64,000 nucleotides of DNA, taken from the IMG/VR virus record IMGVR_UViG_3300042934_000547, positions 1 through 64,000 of that record; one strand, 5' to 3'. A model generated the notes under the pieces. It ran no database searches and was not told the DNA's origin. It was given only the letters and a program-made list of their open reading frames with translations. Shown here piece after piece: positions 45,731 to 54,276 of this stretch (position 1 is its first letter; every line of letters begins with the position of its first letter). The DNA comes from a virus. A program made the translations under genes and the position numbers.

Positions 45731-45747
45731 TTTTAATTCCTCACTTT

Positions 45748-46173
45748 TTATATATAATAAACTTTAATATTCATATTTGTATCACTAAATACCTTATGAA
45801 TAAGTTTTCTAACTCTATTCCAATTTAATTTATCTAATCTACAACCAATCTTTGGCATAGCGATATCGGTAATACCAAAATGGTTACAGAGTATTTTCAT
45901 TTTATATAAAGATTCTTCTAAAGTTTTGTAGGTAGGTTTATGAAAATATTTGTCTTTAGTGACCAGATTTATTATCCTTCCAACTATAAGGCAGTTTGGG
46001 AAAACACCGTATTGAGACTGATATCTAGATAACAATATCTCTTTTATATGAAATTTATTCTCTATATCAAGTGCTATGCCTGCACCAAGTTTATAATCAG
46101 ATGATATACAATGGGCTATAAAGTAACTATCAAGGCAAGTAAATAAATCTTTATTAATCTCCTCATATATCAT
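45748..46173 (-). CDS. macrodomain protein, TARG1/OARD1-like ADP-ribosyl hydrolase
   Basis: [27 protein letters not shown] aligns to human OARD1 [60 protein letters not shown] aligns to HKPTYENLQKSLEAM..VTDLSMPRIGCGLDRLQW. Start at ATG 46173 behind AGGAGGTG. Confidence 0.85.
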   Translation of the reverse strand: [141 protein letters not shown]

Positions 46174-46228
46174 ATAACCGCACCTCCTATTCAATAGAGT
46201 GTTTTCGAAAAATTAGAAAATAAAAATA

Positions 46229-46250
46229 AGAGAGCTAATTAAAGCTCTCT
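46229..46250 (-). terminator. intrinsic terminator
   Basis: AGAGAGCT-aattaa-AGCTCTCT, followed on the minus strand by TTATTTTTATTTTC. The upstream stop sits in the loop. Confidence 0.7.
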
Positions 46251-46637
46251 CGAATTTAACCACGTTGCAATACTATGTAGTGATTTAAATGTCTTTCCAC
46301 CATTCTTCTTGACCATTTCCCCAACTTTTTTAAGTGATTTTAATTGACCTTCATCAAAGGTCTTATCACCATCACTCTCAAGCACGCAGAATAAAGCCTT
46401 TTCTGGACGTTTATTACTATCATCAACTATTTCGGCAATAGAATAAACCCCAGTCATTTTAGGTGTAATTACGTATAATACATAATCACATACTTCTCTT
46501 TGATGAAGTTCTTCTTTATAAGCTTTATCATCCCAATTTTCTACAACTGGATTGAAATAATTAATCTTTAATAGTGGTATTAATTCATCTCTCCAAGTGG
46601 ACTCATTACATGTTCCACCCAAAAACACTTTACTCAT
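46239..46637 (-). CDS. nucleoside 2-deoxyribosyltransferase-like protein (Nuc_deoxyri_tr2-type, tentative)
   Basis: MSKVFLGGTCNESTWRDELIPLL...CDYVLYVITPKMTGVYSIAEIVD fits the family pattern. Confidence 0.5.
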   Translation of the reverse strand: MSKVFLGGTCNESTWRDELIPLLKINYFNPVVENWDDKAYKEELHQREVCDYVLYVITPKMTGVYSIAEIVDDSNKRPEKALFCVLESDGDKTFDEGQLKSLKKVGEMVKKNGGKTFKSLHSIATWLNSREL

Positions 46638-46960
46638 TTTGAGACCTCCTTATTCTTATTTTGAATATAGGTCTCGCCCTGAATTACATAACCTAATATT
46701 TCGTAGCGTTTCTTATGTTGACTCTCGATAAATTCTTGTGCCTTTTTAACTTTCTCAGCGGGGAATCTATCTTCATCATATATTATACCTTCTGGATCAT
46801 CTCTGCAATCCAATATTCCATCAAGTTTTTGATTTCCATCATCATCAATTTTAACTGCTAATGCCAATCCTAATGGATGTAAAAATGTTCTATTAAGTTC
46901 TACTAATAGACCCATCTCTCGGAATTCTTTAATGTCTATTTTCTTAGTTTCATTATCCAT
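46634..46960 (-). CDS. hypothetical protein (108 aa)
   Basis: TAGGAGGGAA RBS. ATGA overlap with the downstream gene. Confidence 0.6.
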   Translation of the reverse strand: MDNETKKIDIKEFREMGLLVELNRTFLHPLGLALAVKIDDDGNQKLDGILDCRDDPEGIIYDEDRFPAEKVKKAQEFIESQHKKRYEILGYVIQGETYIQNKNKEVSK

Positions 46961-46986
46961 TAATATTCCCTCCTATGGATATTATT

Positions 46987-47664
46987 TTATTTCCATAAAG
47001 GGTTATCCTGAATTCTCATTGCTATGATCATATTTCTAACCATATCTTTAGTCATATCGATAGTGCCATCAGTGTTTCCTTTGATTATCCCTCTATCAAC
47101 AGCTTTCTGTATTTCGTCCTGATAGAACTTATCAAATTCGTCAATTTTCTTATATCTTTTATTTTCCTGCTCAAGTGTTGCTACTTTTTCTGCAAGTTCC
47201 TTAACTTGTTTAAGTAATTCATCCATAATAACCTCCATGTTATATATTGTTCCGACTTTTAAAGATGCGATATCATGATACACTAGTGGATTTATCCATA
47301 CATTAGATGTATTTCTAATACCATAATGAAGATGAGAGCCAAAACTGTAACCAGTATTACCCATAATTCCTATAGGCTGTCCAACTTTAACAATAGTGCC
47401 AACCTTTACCAATCTTGATGATAGGTGGCAGAAATAATGCTTGTGTTTATCAGGGGATTCTATTGCAACATAATTACCCCATTGCCAAGTGATGTTACCT
47501 CTATCTGTAATCATTTGGCTGGAGACTACTTTACCAGATACTGGAGATAACACGGTTATATCTCCAACCCCTACAAAATCTACTCCATGATGATAACTAC
47601 TGTCACCATTTTCTAAAATACGTGGACCAAATTTACTAGTTATTTTAAATTTCTTAAATAACAT
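46987..47664 (-). CDS. M23 (LytM/lysostaphin-type) metallopeptidase with C-terminal coiled coil
   Basis: YHHGVDF (HxxxD) and GNTGYSFGSHLHYGI (HxH). C-terminal LKQVKELAEKVATLEQENKRYKK is followed by an AVDRGIIKGNTDGT SLH-like motif. AAGGAGGTG RBS. Confidence 0.85.
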   Translation of the reverse strand: MLFKKFKITSKFGPRILENGDSSYHHGVDFVGVGDITVLSPVSGKVVSSQMITDRGNITWQWGNYVAIESPDKHKHYFCHLSSRLVKVGTIVKVGQPIGIMGNTGYSFGSHLHYGIRNTSNVWINPLVYHDIASLKVGTIYNMEVIMDELLKQVKELAEKVATLEQENKRYKKIDEFDKFYQDEIQKAVDRGIIKGNTDGTIDMTKDMVRNMIIAMRIQDNPLWK

Positions 47665-47701
47665 TCCTGATACACCTCCTTAATTTATATTTATCAATAA
47701 A

Positions 47702-48535
47702 TTAATATTGATTTTCATATTGATGATATAATTCAGCCAACTTAATATCAACTTTTTGCCTTTCGGTCAATTTGTCGCTATTAAATCGTTCCTCAGATAT
47801 CAGTTGCCCATTTCCATCTTTGTTTTGAATAGTGAAATAAGCTTTAACATTAGTATTACACATATTCTCAACAATAATTTGGTGCTTATTAAAATAACCA
47901 GAAATAATATACTCTGTCATCAGATTTATATATTGGTCTCTTATAATATTATAATCAGCACTCACAAATCCAAATTCAATTCGTTTAAACCCCAGATTAA
48001 TTAGATTAGTTATACCTTCTTTTAAATATCCAATATTGAGTCTATTAATTGTAAAGTGGGCGATAGGATTACGCCCACTCTTAACGAAATTATTGATATT
48101 ATCAACAATATAATCATAAGACCCTTTCCCTGTTCTCATGATACGATTACTATTATGAGAAACTTTATTACCATCAATCGATATACATAGCAATATGTTA
48201 TACTTCTCAATGATGTCAATAACCCTATCTGAGTAAATAGTACCGTTAGTTGATGTGATGAATCTAAATTTATGATTTGGATAATTTGTCACAATATATT
48301 CACAAATATTTTCCAATCGATTTATAAACAGAAATGGCTCACCACCCAAAAATTCGACTGTAATTGTTCCAGCTGATGTCTTTTGCATACTGGTTTCAAA
48401 CGTCTGTATCATTTCTTCAAGTGTGATATCTAATAGATTATTCTCATCTTCTACGTTATTGTACACATAACAATATTTACATCGCATATTACACAACTTA
48501 GTTATATACAACGTTATATGACGAAGTTTATCCAT
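47702..48535 (-). CDS. radical SAM enzyme, core domain only (no SPASM Cys cluster)
   Basis: LYITKLCNMRCKYCYV (CxxxCxxC), FLGGEPF, and STNGT..D...I.ISIDG. The start shares one base with the upstream stop (TTAATG). Confidence 0.8.
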   Translation of the reverse strand: MDKLRHITLYITKLCNMRCKYCYVYNNVEDENNLLDITLEEMIQTFETSMQKTSAGTITVEFLGGEPFLFINRLENICEYIVTNYPNHKFRFITSTNGTIYSDRVIDIIEKYNILLCISIDGNKVSHNSNRIMRTGKGSYDYIVDNINNFVKSGRNPIAHFTINRLNIGYLKEGITNLINLGFKRIEFGFVSADYNIIRDQYINLMTEYIISGYFNKHQIIVENMCNTNVKAYFTIQNKDGNGQLISEERFNSDKLTERQKVDIKLAELYHQYENQY

Positions 48536-49659
48536 TAAAACTTTCCCTTCTGTATATTAAATTTCTTTGCTATGTTTTCATAACCAAGTTCATTTATATA
48601 TCTTTCAGATGCTTTATAAAAAATTTTCAGAGCTTTACATACACCATCGATTGGTTCGCATATATCCCTTTTACCTTGTTCCATTATGGCTGCAAAACAT
48701 TGTCCATAACAAACCTTATAAAGTTCACAATTTCGGCATTTTGGAGATATATCATGGGTGAAATTTTTATAAATATTAGCTACATTATGATTCTCATCAA
48801 TAGTAGTAAAAATGCTTCCCATCTTAGTACGCTCTAACCGACTATTAAAGAATCTTTGACATGGATATATATCACCGTTTGGTGCTATAGCAAGTATAGT
48901 TGACCCAGCGGTACAAAAATGCATTCTTTTCTCTCTTCTAGTATTGTAAGGAAGTAATAATCCATTATCATTAAATGCTTCATTAGAATTAAATTTTTCT
49001 ATTAAAAATGAAACATATTCATCATAAAATTTCTCTAGTCTTGCTAGATCATCATCAGACCATTCACAATCTCTTACAATACTTAAATTAGTTCGTCGAA
49101 ATCCATCATTTATAGAATCACGAATTCCATCCATGAGATAATCAATATTATCGGGTGCAATCATAGATTTAAAAATACGAGATCTAAGTGGAACATTATT
49201 TACCTTACAGTATGTTTTTATTGCTTTTAGACAGTCATCATAACTTCCTTTACCATTACTATAAACCCTACAACGGTCATGAGTAGTACGACCTCCATCT
49301 AATGACATACTGATTCGTATATCTTTATCTCTTAAATATATTAATTTCTCTTCATCTAACAAAGTTAAATTTGAGGTGGTCGCAATGGATATATTTACAT
49401 TTGGATGTAAACTTTGTACCATATTAATTTTATCAACAATTCTACAGAATTTATCCCATTCTAAAGTTGCTTCACCACCAAATAGATTAATATAAAAATA
49501 TTCTAAATTATTTTTAACGATGATATCATTAAAAAATGTTGGAAGTTGTTCAATAACATCATCAGTTATTGTTACGCCATTTTCCTTATCTACATAACAG
49601 TATTTACATCTTAAGTTACATTTTTCAGTAACTATAATAAGTATACTTTCAATCTTCAT
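48535..49659 (-). CDS. radical SAM / SPASM-domain enzyme
   Basis: VTEKCNLRCKYCYV, LFGGEATL, and the SPASM-type CTAGSTILAIAPNGDIYPCQRF ... CRNCELYKVCYGQC. AAGGAGAA RBS. Confidence 0.85.
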   Translation of the reverse strand: MKIESILIIVTEKCNLRCKYCYVDKENGVTITDDVIEQLPTFFNDIIVKNNLEYFYINLFGGEATLEWDKFCRIVDKINMVQSLHPNVNISIATTSNLTLLDEEKLIYLRDKDIRISMSLDGGRTTHDRCRVYSNGKGSYDDCLKAIKTYCKVNNVPLRSRIFKSMIAPDNIDYLMDGIRDSINDGFRRTNLSIVRDCEWSDDDLARLEKFYDEYVSFLIEKFNSNEAFNDNGLLLPYNTRREKRMHFCTAGSTILAIAPNGDIYPCQRFFNSRLERTKMGSIFTTIDENHNVANIYKNFTHDISPKCRNCELYKVCYGQCFAAIMEQGKRDICEPIDGVCKALKIFYKASERYINELGYENIAKKFNIQKGKF

Positions 49660-49690
49660 TACATTCTCCTTATTTTGTTAATCAATAATG

Positions 49691-49711
49691 AACATGGTAG
49701 CCTACCATGTT
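49691..49711 (-). terminator. hairpin between Cys-rich gene and downstream rSAM genes (attenuator/stabiliser?)
   Basis: AACATGGTAG-c-CTACCATGTT lies 29 nt after the stop of 49740..50141. There is no strong T-tract. Confidence 0.4.
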
Positions 49712-49739
49712 TAAGGTGTTAACTACACCCAACCCAATC

Positions 49740-50141
49740 TCAGGTGCATGTGCAGCAATCGCAATCACATGCACATCGATCACAAGTACATGCACATCGA
49801 TCACAGTCACAGTCACAGTCATTACAATTACATGAACAATAGTTATTATATATCGCAGTAGCAGCAGTTTGTGCTGCCGAAAAAATAGCTGGATAAATCA
49901 GTTTACCTGCTTCAAAGTTTATTAATGTACTTAAATCAGCTTTCGGATTGACATATGCATTAGCATTTGCTGCTGTTAAATTATTCTTAATTGATAAAAA
50001 TAATGCTGACATAACTTTCTGATTAGCTACAGCTGCCGTAGTATCAGCAGCTTGACCAACTCGTGTTCTGGCATTATTAACAGCAGTAACAACAGCAGTT
50101 CCATCAGCCGCCAATATCGCTGTACCTTTAGTTAACGCCAT
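49740..50141 (-). CDS. Ala/Thr-rich protein with extreme Cys/Asp C-terminal tail (candidate rSAM substrate)
   Basis: 133 aa. Residues 1-101 lack Cys. Residues 102-133 (CSCNCNDCDCDCDRCACTCDRCACDCDCCTCT) hold 15 Cys and 7 Asp. The start overlaps the upstream gene by 14 nt. Confidence 0.75.
   Translation of the reverse strand: MALTKGTAILAADGTAVVTAVNNARTRVGQAADTTAAVANQKVMSALFLSIKNNLTAANANAYVNPKADLSTLINFEAGKLIYPAIFSAAQTAATAIYNNYCSCNCNDCDCDCDRCACTCDRCACDCDCCTCT
49767..49820 (-). repeat. in-frame direct repeats inside the Cys-tail coding region
   Basis: The 18-nt ACATGCACATCGATCACA occurs twice (49767-49784 and 49788-49805, period 21 nt, encoding CDRCAC). It is followed by (ACAGTC)x3 at 49803-49820, encoding DCDCDC. 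Confidence 0.9.
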
Positions 50142-50451
50142 TTACACCACTCTCTTTCATAATAAAATCGATACTTTCATACACCATATCACTAATCGTA
50201 AACTTATAAATTCCATGTGAAATATTAGTGATATTCTTTATGATATTATCTCCAATTATAATTTTAACTGCCTCTACTGGTTTTTCCCTATAATATTGAT
50301 TTAGCACTTCTCCATTGATTCCTGCTAATTCATTAATAAGTCTAACTTGAACCACATCACTACTAAGGTTCATGAAAAATCCGATACCGTATGCCTTTTC
50401 GATTATGACATCTTCATCTTGATATTCGATTTTGATTTTTATATTGTCCAT
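50128..50451 (-). CDS. small Cys-free protein, paralog of upstream ORF (107 aa)
   Basis: KIKIEYQDEDVII.. and IIKNITNISHGIYKF parallel KIKILIDDVEVIV.. and AIKNITTIGFSDKF of 50453..50890. AAGGAGAC RBS. Confidence 0.65.
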   Translation of the reverse strand: MDNIKIKIEYQDEDVIIEKAYGIGFFMNLSSDVVQVRLINELAGINGEVLNQYYREKPVEAVKIIIGDNIIKNITNISHGIYKFTISDMVYESIDFIMKESGVNGVN

Positions 50452-50452
50452 A

Positions 50453-50890
50453 TTATTGGTCTCCTTTCAATGTGGAATTTACTAGTTTAGTATTAGAGAG
50501 AAACATTCTTTCATCAGAGTGATCCCTAAAATAATATATTGCATAACTTATACTCTTGATATCATGTATTTCATCATATACCAACCCAGCATCATCTAAT
50601 AATTTTACGGATATATTTTTATTATTTAATACTGCATTTTCAAGCATATCGAACTTATCACTAAATCCTATAGTGGTGATATTTTTAATTGCTAGGGAAT
50701 TTATTATCATTTCAGTTAAAGTCTTAGCAGTTTCTAGTGTTTCTTTTTTAAAATAAACACCTAATACTGCCGGAAATGATGGAAGTGTTGATTCTGATAA
50801 ACCTACTTCAGATATAACATCGAATACTATTACTTCAACATCATCAATCAGAATTTTGATCTTTGTCATGACAGTTACACTCTCTTTCAT
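50453..50890 (-). CDS. small Cys-free protein (145 aa; alternative start 50869)
   Basis: Overlaps the 3' end of the rSAM gene by 26-47 nt. Paralogous to 50128..50451. Confidence 0.6.
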   Translation of the reverse strand: MKESVTVMTKIKILIDDVEVIVFDVISEVGLSESTLPSFPAVLGVYFKKETLETAKTLTEMIINSLAIKNITTIGFSDKFDMLENAVLNNKNISVKLLDDAGLVYDEIHDIKSISYAIYYFRDHSDERMFLSNTKLVNSTLKGDQ

Positions 50891-52142
50891 TCATCATAAG
50901 TGAGAATTTTTCAGTCAATAACACTTCTTGTAACTCTAACAAATGTTGTAATGTCACGATTTGTCCTTCTGTAAAATTCTCACTCAGTAATCTTCCCATT
51001 TCCTGTAAAATAACAATAGAGTTTTTGTCAGGTTTATTTATTTTTCCGAATAATTCCTCATAAACATAAATTGACAATTCTTTCTCAATTTCTAAGAGTT
51101 TACAATTTTTTGGAAAACCATATGCAATGTTTCCATTATGATTATAATTAATAGCCATACAACTTCTACAATTATAATTATCACAGTCCGAACAAGCTTT
51201 ATATCCAATCATATATTTTCTATACAATTCTTCATATTGCACACATTTTGATTTATCAACCCCATCAAATACTGAACCGATTTTAGTATCTGGATCGGTT
51301 AAAAATCCATGACATGGATACACATCACCATTAGGGGTAATAGTGCAATATGATACTCCGGCACCACAGGATTTATCAGCACGTTTATCTTTATATTGTA
51401 ATGATGTAAATACATCATGTTCTTGAATACCATTAGTATTGCAATCGATGATAATATCATTTGCGATTTTTGTATATTCTCGTCTAAAGATATCGTAGTC
51501 ACTATCATCCCAGTCTTCTTCATGTAATGCCATGAACCATATTTTTTTAAATCCTAATTCATCTTTGAAAAATTTGTATGTCTTATGTGCGTATGGTAAT
51601 GTGGCTTTTGTTACAACACTATGCACTGATATTTTATTTTGCGGTACATTAATTCTATTAAATAAATCCCTTATCTTCTTTATAGAATTAATTATATTAT
51701 TAGAAGAACCTTTTCCATTTAAATCAATTCTTTGTAGGTCATTAATTTCAGGGATAGAATCAAATGAGATTTGAATAGAAAAACTTTCAGGGCTATTTGT
51801 CCACCAATTAATCAAGAATTGTTCATATTCATCACTATATAGAACTCCATTAGTGATTAATCCAGATGTGTATACCAGATTATTTTCCTTTGTTTTCATC
51901 ATAGCATAATTAAATATGTGGTTCATCACCTCAACATTTATAGTCGGTTCTCCACCAAAATATGTAATATCAATACCTTTCTTTTCATTCTCTAAAGCTT
52001 CATTAATCAAAAAATCAACAGCTTTTTCGGCTATTTCTTTTGTCATAAAGATTCCTTTACCTGTTCCCTTTTCAAAACAATAAGTACAATTTAAATTACA
52101 AGCATCTGTTAACATCACTGATGCACTTGTTAATCCTGACAT
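50844..52142 (-). CDS. radical SAM / SPASM-domain enzyme (anSME-like architecture)
   Basis: LTDACNLNCTYCFEKG, YFGGEPT, and the SPASM-type CGAGVSYCTITPNGDVYPCHGF ... CSDCDNYNCRSC. AAGGAGGAAAACA RBS. Confidence 0.85.
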   Translation of the reverse strand: MSGLTSASVMLTDACNLNCTYCFEKGTGKGIFMTKEIAEKAVDFLINEALENEKKGIDITYFGGEPTINVEVMNHIFNYAMMKTKENNLVYTSGLITNGVLYSDEYEQFLINWWTNSPESFSIQISFDSIPEINDLQRIDLNGKGSSNNIINSIKKIRDLFNRINVPQNKISVHSVVTKATLPYAHKTYKFFKDELGFKKIWFMALHEEDWDDSDYDIFRREYTKIANDIIIDCNTNGIQEHDVFTSLQYKDKRADKSCGAGVSYCTITPNGDVYPCHGFLTDPDTKIGSVFDGVDKSKCVQYEELYRKYMIGYKACSDCDNYNCRSCMAINYNHNGNIAYGFPKNCKLLEIEKELSIYVYEELFGKINKPDKNSIVILQEMGRLLSENFTEGQIVTLQHLLELQEVLLTEKFSLMMNERECNCHDKDQNSD

Positions 52143-52218
52143 TGTTTTCCTCCTTTATTTCAAGGTCTACACCTTGTATTCTTATAAAAATGTTTCAATT
52201 TGTTTTAAATAAAAGAAT

Positions 52219-52239
52219 GGGTTGGTATTATACCAACCC
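52219..52239 (-). terminator. intrinsic terminator ending the fibre operon
   Basis: GGGTTGGTA-tta-TACCAACCC sits immediately after the TAG of 52240..53253, followed on the minus strand by ATTCTTTTATTT. Confidence 0.75.
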
Positions 52240-53253
52240 CTATCTATTCATTATGAGAATCTCTATTAATTCTATTTCATCAGTAGTCTTATTTTGTAGA
52301 GATTTACCTACAATAGTACCGGGAATATTTTCTATCGATTTCATTCCTACACCTTCTATATCGGATGAAGTAATTAAATCTCCAATTTCTATCTTTCCAG
52401 TAATATATACTTTCAATCTACCAGCCAAACCAATAGGGATATAATTTTTCAAATTATCTTCATTTGATACGTCTTTATCCCCACCTAATAAGAATCCATA
52501 ATTGTCAGAAACAACACCTACTATCTTTTTAGAATTAGCTGATGATGAATAACAATATGTATTAGTGTCTGGTTCTAACTCGATAATATGATTAGGTTCG
52601 TAAGTGACATCTGGTTTATGTTTCTTAAATAACTCAGCGTAGTCATTCCATACAGCATTAGTTATTAAATCCCCTTCAATCCAGACTTTTTTCATTACAG
52701 CACCCATTGACCAACCACCAACAGCTAATGCATTACTCTTGTTTAACCCAAAATTTAATGCATATGCACCCGCTCGGTGAAATGATATAAAGGCGGCTGA
52801 TGCACTGTCTGAACGTATTTCTAGACCACCAGCTGCATATGCTGGTGAATAACTAACATCGGCACCACCAACAATTGCAGCTGTGAATAATCTACTACTA
52901 AGCGTTCCACCAGCAATGCCGTCTCTCCATAATGATTTATTTTTAAATCTGATATCAGTATTACCATTAGTTATTGATAATCCTACTGCTGGGAAATCAC
53001 TACTACCTTGTGCAACACCCCAAACGTTATTTGGGTCTGTGTAAATACCCCAAGCCTGAGTTTCTATTCCCTGAATATCAGCTGTTGGGGTTAATCCCAT
53101 GAGAATATCAGTCCAACCACCACTACTACTTTTAGATATTCTAATTCCTTCCTGATAATTATTTTCAGAAGGTTTAAGTATTAATCGTTTAAGATATGAA
53201 TTACCATTAACATTTAAGCTTCCATTTACAATAGTTGAATTTAACCTACCCAA
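52240..53253 (-). CDS. tail fibre/spike paralog P3 with conserved C-terminal chaperone-like domain
   Basis: N-terminal MGRLNSTIVNGSLNVNG and a C-terminal block of about 130 aa (ITNAVWNDYAELFKKH...VGVVSDNYGFLLGG...IPIGLAGR...GDLITSSDIEGVGMKS) are shared with P1/P2. TTG start behind GGGAGGTG. Confidence 0.7.
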   Translation of the reverse strand: MGRLNSTIVNGSLNVNGNSYLKRLILKPSENNYQEGIRISKSSSGGWTDILMGLTPTADIQGIETQAWGIYTDPNNVWGVAQGSSDFPAVGLSITNGNTDIRFKNKSLWRDGIAGGTLSSRLFTAAIVGGADVSYSPAYAAGGLEIRSDSASAAFISFHRAGAYALNFGLNKSNALAVGGWSMGAVMKKVWIEGDLITNAVWNDYAELFKKHKPDVTYEPNHIIELEPDTNTYCYSSSANSKKIVGVVSDNYGFLLGGDKDVSNEDNLKNYIPIGLAGRLKVYITGKIEIGDLITSSDIEGVGMKSIENIPGTIVGKSLQNKTTDEIELIEILIMNR

Positions 53254-53296
53254 TATTAAACACCTCCCGTCTCTATATTATAAATATTTATATTAT

Positions 53297-54229
53297 TTAG
53301 CAGTTCATAATCAATACATTGATCTTTTTTATATCTTCATTTAAATCAGTATCTAAGGCTTTAGCAATTATGGTTCCCTTAGGATTATCCAATTCCGATT
53401 TCATTCCTACACCTTCTATATGTGAAGATGTTATTAAATCTCCAGCCTCTATAGGTCCTATTACCCAAAGCTCAACTCTCCCTGCTAAACCAACGGGAAT
53501 ATATGTTTTTAAATTTTTCTCAGTAGATTGTTCTTCTCCACCAAGTAAGAATCCGTAACTATTTGATACAATACCTACTGCTAACTTAGAATTTGGAGTT
53601 GAAGAATATTTATACGTTTTGCTTTTTGGTTCTACTTCAATAATATGATGTGCTTCATAATTAACAGATGGATCGTGTTTCTTAAATAACTCGGCATAGT
53701 CATTCCACACAGCATTGGTTATCATATCACCAGCTAACCACGCACGTTTATTATATGATGGACCAGCAAGAATATCACCAGTTACATACAGTGGTTTATT
53801 TGTATGAAATCCAACGGTTGCATCAGTAACAAAATGACAATAACTTGTGTTTTCAGCACCAAAAGATGATGTACGACCACTTTTTAGTGATACTAGGTTG
53901 CCTTTTGATTCTACATTACTATTTCCTGTTATTTTACCAGCGACGATGTTTGCAGTACCAGTAGCACCACCAAACGTAAATTCGATTGGAATAGGTTTAC
54001 TATCCTTAGCCCTATAGCCAAAACGAATAGTACTCGCATTATTACTTCCACCAAAATTTATTTCATTATTATTTTCAATATATAATTTTACATTACCTAC
54101 AACACCCTCACCTGCCATTAATCCGTTTTTGCTATATAAAGCCCCATTCACATTTACATCACTACTTAAATGAGTCTTTCCGCTAACGTTTAAACTCCCA
54201 TTTATAACAGTTGAATTTAATCTACCCAA
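53297..54229 (-). CDS. tail fibre/spike paralog P2
   Basis: Same N- and C-terminal blocks with a divergent middle. TTG start behind AAGAGGTG, in an identical GGTGTTTAATATTGGGTAG context. Confidence 0.7.
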   Translation of the reverse strand: MGRLNSTVINGSLNVSGKTHLSSDVNVNGALYSKNGLMAGEGVVGNVKLYIENNNEINFGGSNNASTIRFGYRAKDSKPIPIEFTFGGATGTANIVAGKITGNSNVESKGNLVSLKSGRTSSFGAENTSYCHFVTDATVGFHTNKPLYVTGDILAGPSYNKRAWLAGDMITNAVWNDYAELFKKHDPSVNYEAHHIIEVEPKSKTYKYSSTPNSKLAVGIVSNSYGFLLGGEEQSTEKNLKTYIPVGLAGRVELWVIGPIEAGDLITSSHIEGVGMKSELDNPKGTIIAKALDTDLNEDIKKINVLIMNC

Positions 54230-54276
54230 TATTAAACACCTCTTTTCGAGCTGAAATGATAGATTTTATCTATATT

